Shown here: positions 56,812-64,000 of the stretch, piece after piece
Layout of the letters: each line of letters starts with the position of its first letter
How positions within the stretch are numbered: position 1 is the stretch's first letter
Assembly (NCBI GenBank): GCA_963744995.1
Contig: CAVUWA010000003.1
Location: forward strand, 32,001-96,000
DNA from: Candidatus Eiseniibacteriota bacterium
GTDB lineage: Bacteria > Eisenbacteria > RBG-16-71-46
Length of the DNA: 64,000 nt
Reading direction: 5' to 3'
The notes under the pieces: model-generated
Told to the model about the DNA's origin: nothing
The model's input: only the letters and a program-made list of their open reading frames with translations
The model's database searches: none
Program-made: the position numbers and the translations under genes

Positions 56812-57579
56812 TTAGGGCATTGACTTTCGTTCGGGCATGAAGGCCTTCAGCATGTCCACCGGCACCGGGAAAATGGTCGTGGAGTTGTTCTCGGCCGCGA
56901 TTTCCGAAAGGGTCTGCAGGTAGCGCAGCTGGATCGCCACGGGCTCGCGGCCGATCACGGCGGCCGCTTCGGCCAGCCGCGCCGCGGCCTGGTACTCGCC
57001 CTCGGCATTGATCACCTTGGCGCGACGATGGCGCTCGGCCTCCGCCTGGCGTGCGATCGCACGCTGCATCTCCTGCGGCAGGTCGACGTTCTTGACCTCG
57101 ACCGTGGACACCTTCACGCCCCACGGCTCGGTCTGCCGGTCGATCACCTGCTGCAGCGCCTGGTTCTGCTTCTCGCGCTCGGCGAGCAGTTCGTCGAGCT
57201 CGGCCTGGCCGAGGATCGAGCGCAACGTCGTCTGGGCGATCTGGCTCGTCGCATACAGGTAGTTCTCGACGTTGATGACCGCCGCCTGCGAGCTCATGAC
57301 GCGGAAGTAGATCACCGCGTTCACCTTCACCGTCACGTTGTCGCGGGTGATGATGTCCTGCGGCGGCACGTCCATCGCGACGACCCGCAGGCCGACCTTC
57401 ACCGCGCGGTCGATGAACGGGATCAGGATCACCAGTCCGGGGCCGCGCTCGCCGACCAGACGGCCGAGCCGGAAGACCACGAGCCGCTCGTATTCGCGCA
57501 CCACCCGGATCGCGTTGGCCAGCGCCGCCACGACGATGAAGATCAGGAAGATGCCCAGCGACGACAGGAACGGAATCAT
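56812..57579 (-). CDS. SPFH/stomatin (slipin) protein
   Basis: [31 protein letters not shown]. Confidence 0.94.
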   Translation of the reverse strand: MIPFLSSLGIFLIFIVVAALANAIRVVREYERLVVFRLGRLVGERGPGLVILIPFIDRAVKVGLRVVAMDVPPQDIITRDNVTVKVNAVIYFRVMSSQAAVINVENYLYATSQIAQTTLRSILGQAELDELLAEREKQNQALQQVIDRQTEPWGVKVSTVEVKNVDLPQEMQRAIARQAEAERHRRAKVINAEGEYQAAARLAEAAAVIGREPVAIQLRYLQTLSEIAAENNSTTIFPVPVDMLKAFMPERKSMP

Positions 57580-58904
57580 GCCTGTGCCTCCTTGGCGAGG
57601 GGGCGCACCCGCAGCGTGAGCTGCTCGACCCCCGTGATTTCGACTTCGGTTCCGACATCGGCGCCGCCGTCCGCGACGGCGCTCCACAATTCGTCACCCA
57701 CGCGGACGGTGCCGCGCGGCTGCAGCGGCTGGACCACCACCGCGCGCATGCCCACCATGCCCTGGTCGCCGGTGACGACCTTGCGGCTGCGCGCCCGGAG
57801 GGCCGCACCCGCAATGAACATGAAGAACGCCGCCGTGGCGACCGTGCCGCCAGCGATCACGGACCAGGAGAGTCGCACACCTTCCCCCTGAAACAGAATC
57901 AACGACCCCAGCGCCACCGAGAGGATGCCGCCCGCAGCCAGCAGGCCGTGGCTCGCGACTTTGATCTCGGCGAGGAAGAACACGATTCCCAGCGCGATCA
58001 GCGCGATGCCGGCGAAGTTCACCGGCAGTGCCGACAACGCGAGGAATGCGAGGATGATGCAGATCCCGCCGACGATACCCGGCAGGATCGCACCGGGATT
58101 CTGCAGCTCGAACAGCAGGCCGTAGAAGCCCATCATCAGCAGGATGTAGGCGATGTTCGGATCGGCGAGCACGCCGAGCACTTTCTGACGGAAGCTCGGC
58201 TCCGACCGGTCCACGGGCAATCCCGCCACCTTCAGCGTGTGCGTGTCCGCGCCGCGGTGCCAGGCGCGCCCGTCGGCCTTCTCGAGCAGCTCCTGCCGCG
58301 TGCCGGCGATGAAGTCCACGACGTGGAGATCCACCGCCTCGGTCTCGCTCGCCGAAACCGCCTCGCGCACCGCGCGCTCGGCCCATACCGCGTTGCGGCC
58401 GCGCTGCGCCGCGATCGTGCGCGCGAAGGCGGAGGCGTCGTTGGTCGCCTTGCGCGCCAGCGTGCTGTCCATCGGGCCCTGCATGTTGATCGGCGTCGCG
58501 GCGCCGATGTTGGTGCCGGGCGCCATCGCGGCGACGTCGGCCGCAATCGTCACGAACACACCTGCCGATGCGGCCCGCGCGCCCGAAGGACTGACCCAGG
58601 TGATCACCGGCACCTTCGAGGCGAGGATCCGCTTCACCATCTCGCGCATGCTGGTCTCGAGGCCGCCCGGCGTGTCGATCTCGACCACGATGGCCGCATA
58701 GTCTTCCTTCTCGGCGCGCGTGATCGCGTGGTCCAGGACCTCGGCCATCACCGGCGTCACCGCGCCCTCCAGCCGCACGTCGAGCACGCGCCCGGCGCCC
58801 TGGCGCGCTGCGGCGAGCGACGTCGACGCCGGCACGACGAGGGCGAGCGTGAGCAGGGCGAAGGCGAGCCCGAGTCCGCGGGGAATCCCGCGCCGCGACC
58901 TCAT
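57576..58904 (-). CDS. nfeD: NfeD membrane-bound serine protease
   Basis: DTPGG, AASAG, IGAATP; C-terminal OB-like domain; coupled to stomatin. Confidence 0.92.
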   Translation of the reverse strand: MRSRRGIPRGLGLAFALLTLALVVPASTSLAAARQGAGRVLDVRLEGAVTPVMAEVLDHAITRAEKEDYAAIVVEIDTPGGLETSMREMVKRILASKVPVITWVSPSGARAASAGVFVTIAADVAAMAPGTNIGAATPINMQGPMDSTLARKATNDASAFARTIAAQRGRNAVWAERAVREAVSASETEAVDLHVVDFIAGTRQELLEKADGRAWHRGADTHTLKVAGLPVDRSEPSFRQKVLGVLADPNIAYILLMMGFYGLLFELQNPGAILPGIVGGICIILAFLALSALPVNFAGIALIALGIVFFLAEIKVASHGLLAAGGILSVALGSLILFQGEGVRLSWSVIAGGTVATAAFFMFIAGAALRARSRKVVTGDQGMVGMRAVVVQPLQPRGTVRVGDELWSAVADGGADVGTEVEITGVEQLTLRVRPLAKEAQA

Positions 58905-60130
58905 GCCGGGGCCCCTTCGGGCCGGCCGGCGCGGCGCGCAAGCGCCGCGCGCCAGGCCTCGAGATACTGCAGGCCGCTGCCGGTGTTGAAGATCACCACG
59001 CGCGCGCCGGCCGGCACCTCGCCGCTCGCGCGCAGCCGCCGGAGTGCGGCCAGCGTCGCGCCGCCCTCGGGGCAGGCGAAGCAGCCCTCGCCCGTGGCGA
59101 GATCGTTCATGCCGTCGAGCATGTCATCGTCGGTGACGGCAACCGCCGCGCCCCGGGTGTCGCGGATCGCACCGAGAATCAGACGGTCGGCGAACGCCAC
59201 CGGCACGCGCAGCCCGCTGGCGATCGTGTGCGGGTCCTCCCACGCCGTTGCGTCCATCCGTCCCTCCTCGTGGGCGCGCACGACGGGGGCGCAACCCGAG
59301 GCCTGCACCGAGACCAGCTTCGGCAGCGGCCCCTCGACCCAGCCAAGCTCGCGCATTTCCTCGAACGCCTTCCACATCCCGACCAGCCCCGTGCCGCCGC
59401 CGGTAGGATAGAAGATCCACTCGGGCAGCCGCCAACCCGACTGCTCGGCGATCTCGTAGCCGAGCGTCTTCTTGCCTTCGAGCCGGAACGGCTCCTTGAA
59501 CGTGGCGACGCTCCACCAGTCCGGCGCGGGCGCCCACGTCGCCACCGTGCGGCCGGCATCGAAGATCGTGCCGTCCACGAGCCGCACTTCCGCGCCCAGC
59601 GCACGCGCCTCGAGCACGAACGGCTCCGGCGTGTCCGCCGGGACCGCGAGCCGGCACGCGAGCCCGGCCGCCGCCGCGTAGGCCGCCGCCGCGGCGCCGG
59701 CGTTGCCCGCCGACGGCAGCGCGATGCGCCCGACGCCGAACGCCAGCGCGCCGTTCACCGCCAGTGCGAGGCCGCGCGCCTTGAACGATTGCGTCGGGTT
59801 GCCGGCCTCTTCCTTGATCCACAGCTCGCCGAGGTCCAGCTCGTCACCGAGGCGCGGCAACGGCAGCAGCGGCGTGCCGCCCTCGCCGAGCCGCACCGGC
59901 GCGAAGTCCGCCGCGAACGGCAGCACCGCGCGGTAGCGCCACAGATCGGTGCCATGGCGGCCGAGCGCCTCGCGCGGGAACGCGACGCGGATCGCCGCCA
60001 GGTCGTAGACGGCGGTGAGCGGCTTGCCGCACGCCTCGCACACCGAGCGCGGCGCGCCGCGGTCGTGCTCGCGGCCGCAGACCGAGCAGCGCCAGCCCTG
60101 GAGCGCGGGGTGGAACGCCGCAGGCTGCAT
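58901..60130 (-). CDS. thrC: Threonine synthase
   Basis: LGEGGTPL, NPTQSFKAR, SAGNAG, EGKKT, PTGGG, NTGSG. Confidence 0.88.
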   Translation of the reverse strand: MQPAAFHPALQGWRCSVCGREHDRGAPRSVCEACGKPLTAVYDLAAIRVAFPREALGRHGTDLWRYRAVLPFAADFAPVRLGEGGTPLLPLPRLGDELDLGELWIKEEAGNPTQSFKARGLALAVNGALAFGVGRIALPSAGNAGAAAAAYAAAAGLACRLAVPADTPEPFVLEARALGAEVRLVDGTIFDAGRTVATWAPAPDWWSVATFKEPFRLEGKKTLGYEIAEQSGWRLPEWIFYPTGGGTGLVGMWKAFEEMRELGWVEGPLPKLVSVQASGCAPVVRAHEEGRMDATAWEDPHTIASGLRVPVAFADRLILGAIRDTRGAAVAVTDDDMLDGMNDLATGEGCFACPEGGATLAALRRLRASGEVPAGARVVIFNTGSGLQYLEAWRAALARRAGRPEGAPA

Positions 60131-61053
60131 CAGTACGCGCCTCCCTCCATCCGGATCTCCTCACGCAGCTTGCGGAACGATTCGTAGCGCAGCCGCGAGA
60201 TGGCGCCGGCCTCCACCGCCTCGACGACCGCGCAACCGGGTTCGCGCTCGTGGCGGCAGTCCGAGAACCGGCAGTGCCCGAGGTAGCGCTCGAACTCACG
60301 ATACGCCCGTTCGAGATGGTCGGCATCGATGCCCCAGAGCCCGAACGCGCGCACGCCCGGCGTGTCGATCAGCTCGAAGTCCGGCGCGGGCCGCACCAGC
60401 CACGCGGCGGTGGTCGTGTGCCGCCCCTTCCCGGTCCTGGGGTTCACGCGACCGGCGAGCAGCTCCAGCCCGGGCACCATCGCGTTCAACAGACTGCTCT
60501 TCCCGACCCCTGAATGTCCAACGAACAGGCTCCGGCGTCCGACGCAGGCGGCGCGCAGCCGGTCGACCCCGGCGCCGCTGTGGGCGCTCACGACATACCC
60601 CGGCACGCCGGCCGGCGCGTAGCCGGCAAGGATCGCCTCCGCCTCCGCCGCGGTGCCCAGGTCGGCCTTGTTCACCGCGAGCAGCGCCGGCAGGCGGTCG
60701 TGATGGGCCTGGCCGATCACGCGGTCGGCGAAGCCGGGCTTGAACGGCGGATCCTCCACCGAGGCGACCAGCACGACCTGGTCGACGTTGGCCGCGACCA
60801 CCTGTTCCATCGGTCGCTGCCCCGCCGCGCGGCGCGAGAACGCGTTCCGCCGCGGCTCGACCGCCATGATCACGAGGCGGTCCGAGGAGGTCTCCGCGCG
60901 CACGCGATCGCCGACCACCACCGTGTTGCCGAGCGACTTGTTGCGGCCGCGCAGCGCACCGCGCACCGTGGCGTCGGCGAGCGCGCCGTCGTCCATGAGC
61001 AGGGTGCAGCCGCCGAAGTCCACCCGCGCGACGGTCGCGACCGCGCTAGACAT
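60130..61053 (-). CDS. rsgA: Ribosome small-subunit-dependent GTPase A
   Basis: NKAD, GHSGVGKSS, GRHTT, DTPG, CRFSDCRHEREPGC. Confidence 0.95.
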   Translation of the reverse strand: MSSAVATVARVDFGGCTLLMDDGALADATVRGALRGRNKSLGNTVVVGDRVRAETSSDRLVIMAVEPRRNAFSRRAAGQRPMEQVVAANVDQVVLVASVEDPPFKPGFADRVIGQAHHDRLPALLAVNKADLGTAAEAEAILAGYAPAGVPGYVVSAHSGAGVDRLRAACVGRRSLFVGHSGVGKSSLLNAMVPGLELLAGRVNPRTGKGRHTTTAAWLVRPAPDFELIDTPGVRAFGLWGIDADHLERAYREFERYLGHCRFSDCRHEREPGCAVVEAVEAGAISRLRYESFRKLREEIRMEGGAY

Positions 61054-61107
61054 GGGTGGGCGCGACGGCGCGCGACCGGGTCGCGCGAGGCGACGCCGCG
61101 ACGGGGA

Positions 61108-62547
61108 TCACGCGGCGTCGGCCCAGCCCCCCTGCGCGTGGAGCGGCAGGGTGATGACGAAAGTGGCGCCGTGCCCGGGCGGACTCTCGGCTTCGATCGT
61201 ACCGTGATGGTTCTCGATGATCCGGTACGAGGTCGAGAGGCCGAAACCGTGGCCTTCGGGTTTGGTGGTGAAGTGGGGATCGAAGATCCGCGGCAGCACC
61301 GAACCGGCGATGCCGGGGCCGGTATCGGTGATCACCACGCGCAGGTGGCGACGCCGCTCGTCCAGGTGCGTCGTCACGCCGATCATCTTGCGGCCGCCGG
61401 CCTTTTCGTTCATCGCGTCGGCGCCGTTCATGAACAGGTTGAGCAGCACCTGCTGAATCTGCCCCGGGTCCACCTGGGCGTGCAACTCGCCGTCGGTCAG
61501 CCGCACGTCCCACTCGACGCCGTCGAAGCGGTTCTGACTGCGCACGAACTCCACCGAGCGGCGCACGAGCTCGTTGATGTCGGCGCGCTCGATCTTCACT
61601 TCACGGCCCGAGAAGTCCATCAGGTTCTTCGACATCACCTCCATGCGTTTCGACTGCTCGAGGATGATGTCGGCGTGGCGCTTCACGTTCGCGAACACGT
61701 CGCGGTCGGCGTCGCGCTGCAGCATCTGCGCGCGCCCGCTGATCGCCACCAGCTGATTGCGCAGTTCGTGCCCGACCTCGGCCGCGATTTCACCCTTCGC
61801 CGCCATCCGCGCGCTGTGGATCAGCTGCTGCTGCGCGCCGCGCAGCTCGAGGTAGCGGCGCGTCGATTCGTTCACCATTCGGAGCGGAATGTAGAACAGG
61901 ATCACGCCCATGTAGCCGACGGCCTGGAACGAGATCACCATCAGCGGACTCAGGAAGAACGCGGCCAGGTCGTCCAGCAGACGTTCCGCGTAGAACCAGT
62001 CCTCACGCAGCACCTGGAAGTAGCCGCGCCCCGACGACCAGGCCACCGCCACCGCGACCAGCGCCCGGTTCAGCACCCAGTACGTGGCGAGGAGCGCGAG
62101 GATCGGCGGCACGAGGCGCATCGCCGTGGCCTCGCCCTGCTTGAGCCCCTGGGCGAGCTCGAGGCCGCCGAACGGTCCGCCGAGCAGCGACCACGCGCCG
62201 ATCGCGGCGCCGATCGTGATCGCCGATTGCGACGCGTTGAACGCGGCGCGGATCCACGGCTTGCGCAGGATCAGCAGGTCGGCGACCAGCGTGCTCGCCG
62301 CCACGACCCACATCGCCGGGCCGAAGCCCCACAGCATCGCGGTCGCGACGCCGGCGGTCGACGCCATGGTCACCGTGCCTTCGCCCGATGCCACCGGCAG
62401 CCACATCGTCTCCGCCAGCACGCAGATCACCACCCAGCCGACGTAGTGCGCCCAGTGGCGCTCGAGGTCATACGGGAAGCCGAGCGCCAGCATGCCGACC
62501 GCGGCCAGCACCACGAGGGTCACGTAGATCCTGAGGCGCGTGCTCAC
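61108..62547 (-). CDS. Sensor histidine kinase with multi-TM input domain
   Basis: HELRN H-box, NLFMN, DTGPG, FTTK, GFGL; roughly 7 TM helices; GTGA overlap start. Confidence 0.9.
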   Translation of the reverse strand: MSTRLRIYVTLVVLAAVGMLALGFPYDLERHWAHYVGWVVICVLAETMWLPVASGEGTVTMASTAGVATAMLWGFGPAMWVVAASTLVADLLILRKPWIRAAFNASQSAITIGAAIGAWSLLGGPFGGLELAQGLKQGEATAMRLVPPILALLATYWVLNRALVAVAVAWSSGRGYFQVLREDWFYAERLLDDLAAFFLSPLMVISFQAVGYMGVILFYIPLRMVNESTRRYLELRGAQQQLIHSARMAAKGEIAAEVGHELRNQLVAISGRAQMLQRDADRDVFANVKRHADIILEQSKRMEVMSKNLMDFSGREVKIERADINELVRRSVEFVRSQNRFDGVEWDVRLTDGELHAQVDPGQIQQVLLNLFMNGADAMNEKAGGRKMIGVTTHLDERRRHLRVVITDTGPGIAGSVLPRIFDPHFTTKPEGHGFGLSTSYRIIENHHGTIEAESPPGHGATFVITLPLHAQGGWADAA

Positions 62548-63569
62548 GCGGGGCTCCCCTGACGCGCCGTCACGCCGAGACCGGGGCGGTCGGACAGCGT
62601 GATCGCGCCACGCTCGCCGGGCGCGCCGTCGAACGGATCGTCCCGGATCAGCCAGTGACCGTCGAGGTCGAGCCAGTCGACGAGCGGCGCGAGCTGGGCC
62701 GCGGCCGACAGGGCGAGGCTGGTCTCGACCATCGAGCCGAGCATCACCTGCATGCCATGGGCACGCGCCGCGTGGATCATGCGCAGCATTTCGCGCATTC
62801 CGCCGGTCTTCATCAGCTTGAGGTTCACGCCGTCCACGCGTCCGGCCAGCACGCCGACGTCGTGCAGCCGGTGCACGCTCTCGTCGGCGAACACCGGGAT
62901 CCCGACGTGACCGCGCACCCAGGCGAGGCCGTCCAGGTCGCCGCGCGCGACGGGCTGCTCGACCAGGTCGATGCCGAGCGGTTCGACCATGCGCAGCACG
63001 CGCACCGCATCGGCGGCGGTCCACGCGGCGTTGGCATCGACGCGGATGCCGCCCTTGAAGCGCGTGCGAATCCGCTTGAGGTTGTCGACGTCGCCGGGCG
63101 CGCCGAGCTTGACCTTGAGCATCGGGAAGTCCACGACGGTGTCGAGCTTCCGTTCCATCTCCTCGGGATCGGCCATGCCGAGCGTCACGCACGAAAGCGG
63201 CGTCGCCGCGGGATCCAGCCCGAGCCACTTCCACACCGGCAGGCCGACCTTCCGGCCGATCCAGTCGTGCAGCGCCATGTCGATCGCCGCGCGCGCCGCG
63301 CCGTGGCCCTGCAGGACGGCGTCCATGCGCCGGGCGATGGCGTCGAGCGCGAACGGGTCGGTGCCGAGCAGCGGCGCGAGCGTGTCGAGCGCGAGCTCGA
63401 CCGTCGCGCTGGACTCGCCGTAGTAATGTGAAGGCGAGGCCTCGCCGAGCCCCTCCACGCCGTCGTGCTCGATGCGTACCAGCGTGTTCTCATGGCGCCG
63501 CTGCGAGCCGTGGGCGATGCGGAACTCGAACACGGTGTCGACCGGGAGGGGCTCATGCCGTAGCCGCAT
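62544..63569 (-). CDS. Enolase-superfamily dipeptide epimerase / N-acetyl-D-Glu racemase (DgcA-like)
   Basis: KVK, VDAN, EQP, ADE, KLMK, DLDG. Confidence 0.88.
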   Translation of the reverse strand: MRLRHEPLPVDTVFEFRIAHGSQRRHENTLVRIEHDGVEGLGEASPSHYYGESSATVELALDTLAPLLGTDPFALDAIARRMDAVLQGHGAARAAIDMALHDWIGRKVGLPVWKWLGLDPAATPLSCVTLGMADPEEMERKLDTVVDFPMLKVKLGAPGDVDNLKRIRTRFKGGIRVDANAAWTAADAVRVLRMVEPLGIDLVEQPVARGDLDGLAWVRGHVGIPVFADESVHRLHDVGVLAGRVDGVNLKLMKTGGMREMLRMIHAARAHGMQVMLGSMVETSLALSAAAQLAPLVDWLDLDGHWLIRDDPFDGAPGERGAITLSDRPGLGVTARQGSPA

Positions 63570-64000
63570 GGGTCCTCCCCGCCGCACGTGTGGCCGCGTG
63601 CGCCTTCATCGCCGCCTCGGCCGCCGCGGCCAGTGGTGCGATGTCGAAACGGACCGGATCCGTGGCCGGCAGGCCGGTCTCGCGTGACGCGGCCGCGACG
63701 GCGGCGCGCGCCGCCGCCTCGTCGAGATCGGCGGTCTGCAGCGCGATCCCGATCACCGGCGCGGGCCGCACCCAGCGGGCGGCGCGCTCGTACGCCTCGC
63801 ACACCTCGGCGAGCGGCCTCACTCCGATCGCGTCGCCGAGATCGCCCGAGCGGCGGATCGCGCCGCGCTGCACCTCGTGGCACAGGATCAGGCCCGCCGG
63901 GCATGCGCCGTGAAGCAGCGACAGCGTGACGCCCGAGAACCCGGGGTGGTGCAGGGCGCCCTGCCCCTCGACCAGCACGACGTCGGCGTCCGCGGCGGCA
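63553..64000 (-). CDS. DUF1611 protein (DgcN-like), C-terminal part
   Basis: VEGQGALHHPGFSGVTLSLLHG, GLPATDPVR; adjacent to the epimerase; 5' end outside the window. Confidence 0.85.
   Translation of the reverse strand, partial: AAADADVVLVEGQGALHHPGFSGVTLSLLHGACPAGLILCHEVQRGAIRRSGDLGDAIGVRPLAEVCEAYERAARWVRPAPVIGIALQTADLDEAAARAAVAAASRETGLPATDPVRFDIAPLAAAAEAAMKAHAATRAAGRTHAATA

Overview
A GC-rich (roughly 70%) bacterial chromosome segment with about 57 protein-coding genes. I see no rRNA, tRNA, CRISPR array, transposase or phage gene. A secreted glycoside hydrolase with an Ig-like C-terminal tail suggests an FCB-related candidate lineage such as Ca. Eisenbacteria (inference only). Main content, in order: (1) a glucosylglycerate compatible-solute cluster carrying both the one-step (Ggs) and two-step (GpgS/GpgP) routes, a sugar ABC importer, a mechanosensitive-channel-like TM protein and a MOFRL glycerate kinase; (2) an MBOAT/SGNH O-acylation pair; (3) a permuted TrxB-like flavoprotein fused to a membrane polyferredoxin; (4) cspA, FKBP and a YjbH protein; (5) several small uncharacterised proteins; (6) ABC-F; (7) a SatD-DUF3307 module with its own promoter and tandem palindromic operators, downstream of a signal-peptide-bearing DEDDh nuclease; (8) an orphan BMC-T shell gene; (9) a STAND/TPR/BTAD regulator facing a 62-aa gene across a SARP-geometry direct repeat; (10) housekeeping hydrolases, an AttEFGH-like ABC plus lipocalin operon, NfeD/stomatin, thrC, rsgA, an orphan histidine kinase and a DUF1611/dipeptide-epimerase (DgcN/DgcA-like) pair. 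Five single-base insertions break two otherwise intact genes and are probably sequencing errors. All family assignments come from motif recognition by eye; no database search was run.
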